From a virus, in the IMG/VR virus record IMGVR_UViG_3300007511_000019: a DNA stretch of 64,000 nt, one strand, 5' to 3'. The stretch's first letter is position 1; each line of letters starts with the position of its first letter. The position numbers were made by a program, and so were the translations under genes. The notes under the pieces are model-generated. The model saw only the letters and a list, made by a program, of their open reading frames with translations, was not told where the DNA came from and did no database searches. Below are positions 44,660 to 54,345 of this stretch, in pieces.

Positions 44660-46131
44660 TGGAAAAGACTTTCACCCCCTCGTCCTGGGAGATGGGCGAT
44701 CAGATCGTACAGTTGGTTAAGGTAGCCAGCGGCGGTCGGCTCATCGGCAAAGACTACAACATCCTGGTAAAACGAGCTGGTGAGGAGTTTGCCTGGCGAG
44801 TCAAGAACGAGCTTGATATTGATCCAGGACACGTCCCCGTCCACATTCTGGCGATGGGTGCGACGGAAGGTTACGGTTCCAATCGTAATGGTGACGGCTT
44901 TAAGGAAGCCTCCCTAATCGACTATCACCCCACCTTCGTCAAGTACGCCCGACACTACCGCCATCACAAAAACAAAGACCCGAGTAAGTCGTACGGCCAG
45001 GTAAAAGCTTCCTGCTACAACAAGGCCATGCGTCGGGTAGAACTCCTCAACACCCTCTTCGCCACAAAGGAAGCAGCGGAAAAGGGTGGGGGGTTCGTAG
45101 CAGACAAAGAGATGGACATGCTGGAATCTGGGAAGGACATCCCAGTCAGTATGGCCTGTAAGATTGCATACGACGTGTGTTCTGGCTGCGGCAACAAGGC
45201 CAAGAACCGATCAGAGTATTGCGACGCAACTACCTGTAAGTACGGCGGCTGCAAGCACAATCTAACCAAGGTGGCTGAGGACGGACACGTGTTGCACGTG
45301 GATAACCCGCATCCCAGCTTCTTTGACATGTCCACGGTTATCCGTGGGGCAGACCGCAACGCGTTTGGCGTTGGTGCAGACTATTTCTCCAAAGCTGCGT
45401 CCGCTGAAGTTATCGGCGGGGCCCAGTGGGCGGAGATCTACGGGGTGATCGCACCACTAGAGATCGCCCTAGAGAAAGTCTCCAACCCACGCATTGCAAA
45501 CCAAATCAAGCTCGCATATCTTCTCGCTGATCGAGAAGATATCGTGCAAGAAACCAGTCTTAGCGAACTGAACAGGGCATTTTCCTCTGAACTACAGCCT
45601 GAGGCGGACCTTAGTCCGTTGGGCAAAGTAGGCAGCACCAAGTGTGCTACGGGATTGGCAGCCCTGGCGAGCCAGAAGATCTCGCTACCTGTGAGGGATT
45701 TCCTCCGACTGGCCCTAGATGGCGACAGTGAAAAAACGGCTGCCGTTGTCGATAGTGTTACCCAGGCCTTGCCAGGGATTTACAACCGTCTGATCTCGAG
45801 CGGCACCCTTGAGTCCGCTATTCAGAGCAACCCGTTTACGCCGTCACAGAAGCTGGCTTCTGCATCTCAACGGCAATGGGCAATCGGAATGGCCGAAAAA
45901 TACTCACTGGATGTCGATCACGTTCGGCAACGAGTGGCGAGATCAGCGATTCGTGAGATAACCAGGCCCAGCCTGCTTCAGTCAGCTGGTACTAAGTCAG
46001 CAGCGGAGTCGAGCGAGGTCGAAAGCCTCGCTCGGCGTTACGCTCTCTACAAACTAGCTATGCTAGCTAGCCAAGAGCGTGATGTGCCGTTGACATACGA
46101 CCTCGCTGTAAGGCAAAATTACCTTATCTGA
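44659..46131 (+). CDS. morphogenesis protein (candidate prohead protease or portal) with a Cys-rich insert
   Basis: The 490-aa protein lies directly upstream of the scaffold-like gene. It carries a CSGCGNK...CDATTCKYGGCKH cysteine cluster. The call rests on position only. Confidence 0.3.
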   Translation: MEKTFTPSSWEMGDQIVQLVKVASGGRLIGKDYNILVKRAGEEFAWRVKNELDIDPGHVPVHILAMGATEGYGSNRNGDGFKEASLIDYHPTFVKYARHYRHHKNKDPSKSYGQVKASCYNKAMRRVELLNTLFATKEAAEKGGGFVADKEMDMLESGKDIPVSMACKIAYDVCSGCGNKAKNRSEYCDATTCKYGGCKHNLTKVAEDGHVLHVDNPHPSFFDMSTVIRGADRNAFGVGADYFSKAASAEVIGGAQWAEIYGVIAPLEIALEKVSNPRIANQIKLAYLLADREDIVQETSLSELNRAFSSELQPEADLSPLGKVGSTKCATGLAALASQKISLPVRDFLRLALDGDSEKTAAVVDSVTQALPGIYNRLISSGTLESAIQSNPFTPSQKLASASQRQWAIGMAEKYSLDVDHVRQRVARSAIREITRPSLLQSAGTKSAAESSEVESLARRYALYKLAMLASQERDVPLTYDLAVRQNYLI

Positions 46132-46181
46132 AGCATGGTTGGCGGAATATCCTAACCAACCAGTTAACCTGGAGTACAGGG

Positions 46182-47750
46182 ATGACTACACGACAAAAAC
46201 AAGCTTCCTTCGCCGGTACGATTGAAAGCCTTCTGGCTGAACTCGGTGAGGAAGAAAAAGTCGCCGAGGCGAAAAGTGAGCCGGGCGGCTACCAGGGTGG
46301 GACGACTCACCCCGTAGCGAACGTTGACGATCGTTTGGATGACGCTCAAGAAGGTGCTCGATCTTCCGAGAACACCGAAGATGTCAAGACCGAACCAAAC
46401 CGTGGCCAGACCGTGGATGAAACCACGCCGGGTCCGGGCGGCGGACAAGAGAGCGTTCAAATGGATGTCGGTATCACGTCCAAAGCCACTGGCGACGACT
46501 CCTCAGCTGAGACTGACTCGGCCAAGGATGGTAAGCAAGATGGCGGGACACATCGTGGTGGCTCTGCCCACCCCGCTCGAACCGACAACGAACAACTTGA
46601 CGGTCACAAATACTCGAGCGACCTCGAAGCCCTTCGGGCTCTCTGCAAGCAGGCAGAAGATCTTGGCTCCGCTATCTGTGCTTCCATTGCGGTTGGTACA
46701 GAAAAAGGTGCTGAGGGTGCCGGTAAAGCGGACCCTAAGGGAGCGGGCAACACTAACAGCCAAGCTGGCGGTTGTGGCGTCAAAGACGGCCCAATCACCG
46801 AAGACGGCAAAGTGAATGCTCGCGACGAGAGCGGCGGCAACGCTGCAAAGCAATCCGCAGACGCTGGCGATGAGTTGGCTGCTCGGTTTGCAGGTCTCGA
46901 CTTGAGTGCGGAAGACAAAGTGGCTACCGACAACATGGTTGTCGAGACGTTGCAAGAAGTCGTCGAGACTGCTTGGCGTCGAGCCGAGAAGTGTGCAGAG
47001 TTTTATGCTGAGCACTTCAAAGCGGAGAACCCCTCGGATTTTCCGAAGGGCAGCACGAGTAAGGTCGCAATGCCCGAAGGTGAGGGCGATGCTGGTGCTG
47101 CCGAAGAGAAGGACGACTCCGACGAATCAAAGTCCGAGTCCGAAGGCGGCGAAGGCGGCGGACCACCTGTCGAAGGTGGCGATGCTAGCATCCCGGCTGA
47201 GGGCGGAGGCGGCGGTGAGGAAGAAGCCTTGCTCAGTATGCTAGAAGGCGGCGAAGGCATGGGTGCCGAAGACGCAGCTGGCGGTATGGGCTTGGGTGGC
47301 GGAGAACCTCCTGTCGATCCGATGGCTGGTGGCGGTGACGCTGCTGGTGCGGATCCTCTTGCTGCCATGGGCGGTGGTGATCCAATGGCTGCTCTCGGTG
47401 GCGGTGACCCCGCAGCCGCAGGCGGCGACCCGATGGCGGCTCTTGGTGGTGGTCCAGAAATGGGCGGCGATCCGGCAGCTATGGGCGGAGCACCTGGCCT
47501 CGGCGGTGAAGTCGGTGGCGATATGGGTGGACTCGGCGGGGGCGGTGACGAACTGGCCCAACTCGAAGCTATCCTTCAAGAACTCGGCATCACCCCGGAA
47601 GAACTGGAAATGGCCATTGCGGGCAAGCAGGCATCTTTGCTTCGGCAAAAGCAGGCTGCAGCCAAGCAAGCTGCTGGCAAAAAGGCTCATGACGCGAAAT
47701 ACGCGGCCATGAAAGCCATGGTCCAGGAACTTGTCGGTCGTTCTCGCTAA
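46182..47750 (+). CDS. scaffolding-like acidic low-complexity protein with GGDPAAMGG repeats
   Basis: The 522-aa protein is highly acidic and Gly/Ala/Pro-rich. It has a helical C-terminus and sits between the morphogenesis and capsid genes. Confidence 0.45.
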   Translation: MTTRQKQASFAGTIESLLAELGEEEKVAEAKSEPGGYQGGTTHPVANVDDRLDDAQEGARSSENTEDVKTEPNRGQTVDETTPGPGGGQESVQMDVGITSKATGDDSSAETDSAKDGKQDGGTHRGGSAHPARTDNEQLDGHKYSSDLEALRALCKQAEDLGSAICASIAVGTEKGAEGAGKADPKGAGNTNSQAGGCGVKDGPITEDGKVNARDESGGNAAKQSADAGDELAARFAGLDLSAEDKVATDNMVVETLQEVVETAWRRAEKCAEFYAEHFKAENPSDFPKGSTSKVAMPEGEGDAGAAEEKDDSDESKSESEGGEGGGPPVEGGDASIPAEGGGGGEEEALLSMLEGGEGMGAEDAAGGMGLGGGEPPVDPMAGGGDAAGADPLAAMGGGDPMAALGGGDPAAAGGDPMAALGGGPEMGGDPAAMGGAPGLGGEVGGDMGGLGGGGDELAQLEAILQELGITPEELEMAIAGKQASLLRQKQAAAKQAAGKKAHDAKYAAMKAMVQELVGRSR

Positions 47751-47791
47751 CTTGTAACACCTAACGCGGCCACGCGGCCCCGGAGGAAATA

Positions 47792-48229
47792 ATGAGTGCT
47801 CAATTGAACGAGCAGGTCCTCGGTTACATCGAGACCACTGGCCAGGCTTTGGGTATTGCCCTGAAAATGGCCGAAGCGAACGAAGCCCAAAAGGCCGAGT
47901 CCGCTGAAAAAGTCGCCAAGTTGGCTGACCTGTTGAAACAGGCCGGTCTGGTTGACGATCACGAAACCGAGAAGGCTGCTGGCCAACTGGCCAATCCTTC
48001 TCAAGCTCTCGACATTCTACAGAACGTGCTGACCCACTATCATGGTGAGTTGAAGCAGGCTCAGGCGAAGGTCGCAAGCGTTACGATGGGTGGCGGTGTC
48101 AGCGACGAAGCTGGCGATCCTGCAGTTGCCCGATACGAGAAGCAGTCCAACTACACCGGCCACCGCCGGGGTAATGACGAACTTGCTCCCTCGGACATGG
48201 CGATCCTGAGTCTACTGGAACGTCGTTAA
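47792..48229 (+). CDS. hypothetical helical protein
   Basis: ORF of 145 aa. Confidence 0.4.
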   Translation: MSAQLNEQVLGYIETTGQALGIALKMAEANEAQKAESAEKVAKLADLLKQAGLVDDHETEKAAGQLANPSQALDILQNVLTHYHGELKQAQAKVASVTMGGGVSDEAGDPAVARYEKQSNYTGHRRGNDELAPSDMAILSLLERR

Positions 48230-48312
48230 TCTCAACTTACTTTTTCCGTCTTTGGAGATAGCACACAGTCTGTTAAACTGACAGCACTGTTGAAAATACC
48301 AAGGAGGTAGCA

Positions 48313-48867
48313 ATGGTAGCTCCACGACAAATGACCGACCACACGCTGGAGGCACCGAAAGGTTGGCCCAGTCCGCACGCCGTGGACTTCCAAGCCAAGC
48401 ACGATGCCACCCAGTTGTCAACTATCAGCGGCAACGTTGCGTTTGCTGGTCGCGTCGTTCACCTCGCCTCTGACGGCGAGTTCGAATTCGGTATCACTAA
48501 CCGATCAATGGCTCTCTTCCTCTTCCAAAACAGCGATGATCCCGACGTCAGCAATGACGGTGGTGATCCTTCCACTGATGCTCATGCTTGGGTCCCTGTC
48601 GCACCGACAGGCAAGCTGAACGCTTTGGTTGCTGCGGGTGCCTACGAGTTGGCGTCGACCGAATTCAATTCGGCTTTGACGTACAACCCGAATGACACGC
48701 TGACTGCCGTTACGGGCACGACTCTGGCTACGGCCGGTGTCTTGACCAACGCGTCGGCCACCCCCTACACCAACCCGGTGTGTGGCGTTGTTTCTAAGGG
48801 TGTTCAAACGAACAGCCACGGGAAGTCGGAACTTCACTTCTGGCCGGTATACTTGCCAGTTGCGTAA
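48313..48867 (+). CDS. hypothetical structural protein (possible decoration or minor capsid protein)
   Basis: The 184-aa ORF has an RBS (GGAGG). Confidence 0.4.
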   Translation: MVAPRQMTDHTLEAPKGWPSPHAVDFQAKHDATQLSTISGNVAFAGRVVHLASDGEFEFGITNRSMALFLFQNSDDPDVSNDGGDPSTDAHAWVPVAPTGKLNALVAAGAYELASTEFNSALTYNPNDTLTAVTGTTLATAGVLTNASATPYTNPVCGVVSKGVQTNSHGKSELHFWPVYLPVA

Positions 48868-48878
48868 TCGTTAACCAT

Positions 48879-48914
48879 GTGGGTGCTCTCGCCGCAGAGG
48901 GTCACCCACTTTTT
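48879..48914 (+). terminator. hairpin plus T5 run immediately upstream of the major capsid gene RBS
   Basis: Stem GTGGGTG(CTCT) / (AGAG)GGTCACCCAC, followed by TTTTT. Confidence 0.5.
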
Positions 48915-48933
48915 CAAAACAGGGAGGTGCAGT

Positions 48934-49878
48934 ATGGCTACTGCGACTCTTTCGCAGGAAGACTCAAAACTCCTGAACGAAGTCGTGTTCGAGAAACTTT
49001 CGAGCCGCGACCCGATCATGGAAAAAGAAGCCATTGATGCGGTCAATGACTTTACCCGCCTGAAAATGCGGGAAGACGGGTTTTACCGGCGAATCATGCC
49101 GCCTCTGCCCATCACCAACGATGAGCTGGATCGGCAAGTCAATACGGACAAACCCGTTAAGGTGGTTGACAAGGAACCCGATAGTCCTGCGGCTATCTCG
49201 ATCCCATTCGCCACCCTGCCCATGAACCTCTATATTCGTGGTCAACGATACCTGGTCATGCTTGACCGTATCGTGACTCCGCGTTTCACAAAAGACGCGG
49301 ACGAACTACGAACTTGGATCATGGACATTCGCCAAGTCCTGTCGGACAACGCCATCAAAGATATGTTGGCGGAAGAAGACGGCAAATTCATCACGGCTGT
49401 GGATACAGCCCTGGTTGGTGCAGGCGTCACCCTCCCGACCTCGAACACGGTCCAATTCGAGCAGATTGCCGGTGGTATCACTCGTGATACATTGTGGGAT
49501 TCGTTCAAGACGATGCCCAACACGCCGTTCAACCTCGAAGTCCACACGGTGTTGGTCAACAACATCACCATCAAAGAAGTTGCGAAATTCGGTCGTAACG
49601 AAATGGGCGGTGACTTGTCGGTCGATATCATGCGGAATGGTTGGTCCGAGCAAGAGTTCATGGGCGTTCGATGGATCGTCACGATCAAGAAGGATCTTGT
49701 CGCCACGAACCACATGTATCATTTCTCTGACCCGAAATTCATCGGCAAGCACTACCAGCTGGAAGACACCACGATGTACATTCGTCGTGAAGCTTACATG
49801 CTCGAGTTCTTCGCCTACGAAACCTCGGGCGGTACGCTGGGTCACACCGGCGGACTGGCTCACATCCAATTCACGTAA
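48934..49878 (+). CDS. major capsid protein (HK97-fold-like)
   Basis: The start is taken at ATG 48934 with RBS AGGGAGG. The protein is 314 aa. It lies after the scaffold-like gene and is followed by a strong terminator. Its composition and length are typical of an MCP. Confidence 0.55.
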   Translation: MATATLSQEDSKLLNEVVFEKLSSRDPIMEKEAIDAVNDFTRLKMREDGFYRRIMPPLPITNDELDRQVNTDKPVKVVDKEPDSPAAISIPFATLPMNLYIRGQRYLVMLDRIVTPRFTKDADELRTWIMDIRQVLSDNAIKDMLAEEDGKFITAVDTALVGAGVTLPTSNTVQFEQIAGGITRDTLWDSFKTMPNTPFNLEVHTVLVNNITIKEVAKFGRNEMGGDLSVDIMRNGWSEQEFMGVRWIVTIKKDLVATNHMYHFSDPKFIGKHYQLEDTTMYIRREAYMLEFFAYETSGGTLGHTGGLAHIQFT

Positions 49879-49896
49879 ACCGATACTGATCATAGG

Positions 49897-49930
49897 CTCG
49901 CCAGTTTTCGGACTGGCGAGTTTCGATCTT
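49897..49930 (+). terminator. rho-independent terminator after the capsid gene
   Basis: Perfect 9-bp stem (CTCGCCAGT / ACTGGCGAG) with a TTTCGG loop, followed by TTTCGATCTTTCGTTT. Confidence 0.7.
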
Positions 49931-49952
49931 TCGTTTACGCACGGAGACCCCA

Positions 49953-50381
49953 ATGTCCGACAACAAACAAGCTGACATCCAGCTTCCTGGGCTTGATGAA
50001 TCTGCTGCCCTGTTGGATCGTGTCTACGGTGACGCCTTCTTCGCGAAGATGGCTGAGCTAGGTCACGTCCCGCAAACGCAACAAGATGCCATCGGCATGC
50101 TGGAAACGGCTTTTTCACTGGATATGGTCGATCCTGGCCAGCCAGAGAAGCAAGCATCGGAAAGCCCCTACGCCTCAGCTAACGAAAGCCTCAAGCAGGT
50201 TCTCAACGAGCAAGGTATTGGTCCGGGGCCGGAAGGTGAGAAGCAGGCTGCGGCCAAGCAAACGGCTTACGCGTTGGCCCACGACGTCAACGTCTACAAG
50301 TCGGTCCTTGGTGTGAAGGCTGCCGAAGCTGCTTATCAGGCTCAGGCGACCGATAGTGGCGATCAGGAAGCCGCTGAATAA
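49953..50381 (+). CDS. hypothetical protein
   Basis: ORF of 142 aa. Confidence 0.4.
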   Translation: MSDNKQADIQLPGLDESAALLDRVYGDAFFAKMAELGHVPQTQQDAIGMLETAFSLDMVDPGQPEKQASESPYASANESLKQVLNEQGIGPGPEGEKQAAAKQTAYALAHDVNVYKSVLGVKAAEAAYQAQATDSGDQEAAE

Positions 50382-50411
50382 ACGCAATAAGGCCATGGAG
50401 GGAAACGAACC

Positions 50412-50768
50412 ATGCCTATCAATACCAACTGCCTTCTGACGACCGTGAAGAACACTTCCGGCGGCACGAAGAAATTCGGGTTCCTGCCTCCTCATGGTAA
50501 AGAACTCGCGAACAACGAGGAACTCACGTTCATCGGCGACCCGTATGACGGCGTCAACCGTGGTGAGCGTGTAACGAGCAAGCGTCACTTTGACGCTTTG
50601 ACGGCAAGCCTCGAAGCTGAAGACCTCGATATTATCTCGACCCCGACTCCTGTGCTGTACGACGAGACGAATGACTCTTCGCACATTCTCAAGATTGAGG
50701 GTGGTGCATTGTTCGCTGTCGACGGTTGCTGGATCGATCCTGCTTCAAGCTCGTCGATCGCTCTGTAA
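50412..50768 (+). CDS. hypothetical protein
   Basis: ORF of 118 aa. Confidence 0.4.
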   Translation: MPINTNCLLTTVKNTSGGTKKFGFLPPHGKELANNEELTFIGDPYDGVNRGERVTSKRHFDALTASLEAEDLDIISTPTPVLYDETNDSSHILKIEGGALFAVDGCWIDPASSSSIAL

Positions 50769-50804
50769 GACTAACCTCTTACTTCCAAGTCCAATCAACG
50801 GCTT

Positions 50805-50840
50805 GGCCTGGAAAGCCGGGTCAGGCCGTTTTTTCTTTTC
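50805..50840 (+). terminator. GC stem (GGCCTG / CAGGCC) plus TTTTTTCTTTT
   Basis: It sits between the stop at 50768 and the ATG at 50851. Confidence 0.55.
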
Positions 50841-50850
50841 GGGAGAGTGT

Positions 50851-51259
50851 TATGGCTAATACCCTGTTCGATGCAGGCCGCGAAGCCTTCTTGGCCGGTA
50901 ACGCGGACTGGGATGCTGACGACATCAGAATGATCCTGATTGATGCGGCTGACGACGACCCTAATACATCGGTCGACGACAACCTTGACGACATCGCTGC
51001 CGGTGCTCGGGTTGCCACCTCAGGTGCATTCACAAGTAAGACAACAACTGCTGGCGTTGCCGACGCTGCCGACGTTACGTTCTCAAGCGTTTCTGGCGAC
51101 GAGTCCGAAGAGCTGTTGATCTACAAACATACTGGTGTCGAGACCACAAGTACATTGCTCGTTAGTATCGACACCGCAACTGGCCTACCTGTTACACCTA
51201 ACTCGGGCGACATTACCGTACAGTGGGACAGCGGAGCCAACAAAATCTTCAAACTGTAA
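50851..51259 (+). CDS. hypothetical acidic structural protein (internal ATG start)
   Basis: The 136-aa ORF follows a terminator. Confidence 0.4.
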
Positions 51260-51267
51260 AGGCGGCT

Positions 51268-51600
51268 ATGAGCATCGTGGATTTACGCGTTCGACAGGAA
51301 GGTCGTAACGTATTGGTACTCCAGGATGGTAAGGTCTTGTTCGACATGCCTTACGAGGCAGCCCTACAACTAGCCAAGGCTCTACAGGCCAAGGCTAAGT
51401 GCTGTGAGCAACTGGTCAGAGCGGAGAGAGTCATTGCCGACCAGGTTGTTTTACTTAAGGCGGGTGTTCCGCTAAACCTGTCCGGACCCCTTCCTAAAAT
51501 TTTCACAGAGGCAGCCAAACAACTGCCTGGTGCCGGTAATGTTCCGAGTCGGATGAAAGTCGGGACGCCAGGAGTCACCCAACATCCGCCTAGGAGTTAG
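51268..51600 (+). CDS. hypothetical protein
   Basis: The ORF starts at an internal ATG and encodes 110 aa. Confidence 0.35.
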   Translation: MSIVDLRVRQEGRNVLVLQDGKVLFDMPYEAALQLAKALQAKAKCCEQLVRAERVIADQVVLLKAGVPLNLSGPLPKIFTEAAKQLPGAGNVPSRMKVGTPGVTQHPPRS

Positions 51601-51602
51601 CG

Positions 51603-51848
51603 ATGGATTTTGACACATTGAGTATCGCCGAACTACAAGAAGTGCAGCGACAATACGGACTAGAGCATGCAGAGTTGCGACAGAAACGGGTTGCAGTGGC
51701 CGCTGCTTTGGACAAAAAGATCACAGCAGAGAACGTCAAGCGTAAGCTACGCCGGTTGTCTCCTGGTGAGGCCCTAGCATTGCAACAACTTGTACAGGCA
51801 CCAGCCCCTACCTCTCAATCTGTAGTGGGCGAACCTGGAGCCAACTAA
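51603..51848 (+). CDS. hypothetical protein
   Basis: ORF of 81 aa. Confidence 0.35.
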   Translation: MDFDTLSIAELQEVQRQYGLEHAELRQKRVAVAAALDKKITAENVKRKLRRLSPGEALALQQLVQAPAPTSQSVVGEPGAN

Positions 51849-51869
51849 TCTGCCGGTTGAGGGAACACC

Positions 51870-53180
51870 ATGGCACACGTCGTTGCGAACGCGGTGGAGG
51901 ATACCACTGCCACCACACTTACTGGTAGCTATACGGTTGATGGCGTACCCCCGACAGGGGCACAGTCATTTGATACTGTATTGGCTGACGGTGACACCTG
52001 TGTCTATCAAATTGACGACCTCGATATTGCAGGTAGCGATGTCGAGGTCGGTCTAGGTACCTGGACCGAGATTGGCGGGATACTAACCCGCACAACGATC
52101 TTCTACTCAACTAACGGCGGCTCTGCGGTTAGTTGGGGCTCTGGCACCAAAAAGCTTCGAATGGTCTTCGCTGCCGACAGGCACTGTGACAGCGAAGCTG
52201 GTATCGGCATCGGAACACTAACCGATAATACCCTACCGTTCTATGACGCTGCCGCTGGCCAAGTGATTGACAGCTCGGTCACCGACGATGGTTCGATCGT
52301 ACGAGTGTCGAGCGATCTGCGTGTGGATACCAACACAGTTGTCGGCGACACTACGCAAAACCCAAAGACTGTCGCATCTTGGACGTCCGGCGGAGACCAC
52401 GCCTACCTTAATCTCTATGAAGGTACAAACGACGCCTATATTGTTTGCCAAGGGCAAGGCGGTGCCTACCTAGCGATGGTCGACCTGGGCGGCGGAGTTA
52501 ACGACAAGTTCGGTATGTGGTGTGTCGAAAGTGGTCGTATGGATTTGCATTCATACAACGACAACGGCACAGCTAGAACACAGAACATCATCTCGTGCGA
52601 CATGGGTACGGGTGGTGTTGGTATCGGTGTAGTTAACTCCGGTACGTCGGCTTTGTATGTTAGCGGTGGGCGTATACAGCTAGCCAATGACGAAGACTTC
52701 ATGGTACTCAACTCCACCAGCGGCGTAGGCGGTACGTGGACATGCGATACTAGCAACGACGTACACCTCACCGTCGGCACCGGTGGGACGAAGATGATTA
52801 CGTTCGACGAAACCAACACCGAGCTGGAGTTCGGGCAGAACGCACACTTTGGAACAAACACCAAGGTAATATCCGCTAACGCAGTTACGCTTGACCTTGG
52901 CGAATCGAACCACTTCGAGTTGGACCTCGCCGCCGCAACTGCTGATCCCACGATTACGTACACCGAACCCGTGGGTCAGTCTGCTGGCTGTGTTCTAATG
53001 AAGCAAGACACAACGGTTCGCAGCCCTTCCTTCGCGACAACTGGCTCTGCTGTAATCAAGTGGCCCGAGGGCGAGCCGATATGGGCCAGCGATACAGCGA
53101 GCTACTATCGCCTGATTAGCTGGTCGTATTGTCCCGACGCAGACTTCCTGATTCTCATCGCTTCTGCTGAATTCAACTAA
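51870..53180 (+). CDS. putative tail spike/fibre (beta-helix-like, Thr/Gly/Asn-rich)
   Basis: The 436-aa protein has a repetitive polar beta-strand composition. Confidence 0.35.
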   Translation: MAHVVANAVEDTTATTLTGSYTVDGVPPTGAQSFDTVLADGDTCVYQIDDLDIAGSDVEVGLGTWTEIGGILTRTTIFYSTNGGSAVSWGSGTKKLRMVFAADRHCDSEAGIGIGTLTDNTLPFYDAAAGQVIDSSVTDDGSIVRVSSDLRVDTNTVVGDTTQNPKTVASWTSGGDHAYLNLYEGTNDAYIVCQGQGGAYLAMVDLGGGVNDKFGMWCVESGRMDLHSYNDNGTARTQNIISCDMGTGGVGIGVVNSGTSALYVSGGRIQLANDEDFMVLNSTSGVGGTWTCDTSNDVHLTVGTGGTKMITFDETNTELEFGQNAHFGTNTKVISANAVTLDLGESNHFELDLAAATADPTITYTEPVGQSAGCVLMKQDTTVRSPSFATTGSAVIKWPEGEPIWASDTASYYRLISWSYCPDADFLILIASAEFN

Positions 53181-53189
53181 GGGGCGAAC

Positions 53190-54335
53190 GTGAAGTTCTA
53201 CTTAACAAAGCCCCGAATAGCAACCAAAATAGACGACACGGGCTACCACCCAGCCGCCAGCGATTGGCTACAACTCTCGCCGCAATGTTCAATTGTCGCC
53301 TTACCCAACCGGGTTGCTGCACCAATTGACCATCAGTGGCTAGGAACTGGGCCTGATCTAGCCAAAGTCCAGGTTACTCGACCGCTTCGAAAACTCCTAT
53401 TTGATCAAGCTAGGTTGAAGACACCTGTACGGGCCAATCGTCTCGGGCCAGCGTTATTCGAAGCTATGTCTTTAGGTGCAGACGTAGCTAACGCAAACGC
53501 TCCAAACCCATTGGAGCCTGCTCGAAACAAAACTATGACTCTCTGGTTCGGCGGTGAACCGCTCCACCAAGAGGTCTTTGATTGTAAGCAAGAATATGCC
53601 TTAGAGACCATCGCCAACAAGAAGAAAGGCTACTCGGAACTTCGGACAGTCGAGGTGGCTCAAGCACGAAAGTGGTTATACCTACAGGCCCGTAAAGGCT
53701 TTGACTGGAAAGAGATTCAGAATACATTCACCGTAGATGGGCCGCCCTTGAAGCCGTCGACGGTTGTTACGGAAATAGCCGCGACGATCCCCGTCAACAC
53801 ATGGACCGGATATAATTGCACGCCGGACTTTTCGAACAGCACAATCAGCATTGTCGAAAGTACGGGCCACAGAGCGATGCACTGCGAGACCGGTGTAAGT
53901 GACGGCGATCATACCTGTACAGGGACGGTGACCGCAGGCACGTCAACCACCCCACTCGGACCGGCTGTGCGTATGCCTGCTCCCTTGTTTATCGGAACAA
54001 AGTGGTTTTACGTACTGTACTGGTGGAGTGGTACTTGGTACTTACGCCGCCACGACCTTAACAACGTCGGTAACTTCAGTACGCTTGCTTCCGCCTCGAT
54101 GGGCGGAGGATCGCACCTTGTTGAGTGGGTTACCGAAGCTAGTGGCTCCGACATCTCCGGTTCACACGATGGAAACGCTATAGGGCCGTACACTGACACT
54201 AACGGACCGGATACACAACTCTACGGCGGGGCGTACGTTTACAGCAACGCCGCTGAGATGATTCCGTGGGAGCTTAGCGATGAGGCCGGAGGTGGCGGAG
54301 GGTCCAGCCACACAACATTTCTAATGCCTTTTTAG
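53190..54335 (+). CDS. hypothetical structural protein
   Basis: ORF of 381 aa. Confidence 0.4.
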   Translation: MKFYLTKPRIATKIDDTGYHPAASDWLQLSPQCSIVALPNRVAAPIDHQWLGTGPDLAKVQVTRPLRKLLFDQARLKTPVRANRLGPALFEAMSLGADVANANAPNPLEPARNKTMTLWFGGEPLHQEVFDCKQEYALETIANKKKGYSELRTVEVAQARKWLYLQARKGFDWKEIQNTFTVDGPPLKPSTVVTEIAATIPVNTWTGYNCTPDFSNSTISIVESTGHRAMHCETGVSDGDHTCTGTVTAGTSTTPLGPAVRMPAPLFIGTKWFYVLYWWSGTWYLRRHDLNNVGNFSTLASASMGGGSHLVEWVTEASGSDISGSHDGNAIGPYTDTNGPDTQLYGGAYVYSNAAEMIPWELSDEAGGGGGSSHTTFLMPF

Positions 54336-54345
54336 GGACGGTGCC

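Noticed and set aside
46324-46815. Alternative-frame + ORF inside the scaffold-like gene
   Set aside because: It is an Arg/Thr/Pro-rich frame artefact of repetitive GC-rich coding sequence.
47241-48077. 278-aa ORF on the minus strand
   Set aside because: It is antisense to the scaffold-like gene and the next + gene. It is a GC-rich shadow ORF.
49306-50157. 283-aa ORF on the minus strand
   Set aside because: It is antisense to the major capsid gene. It is a shadow ORF.
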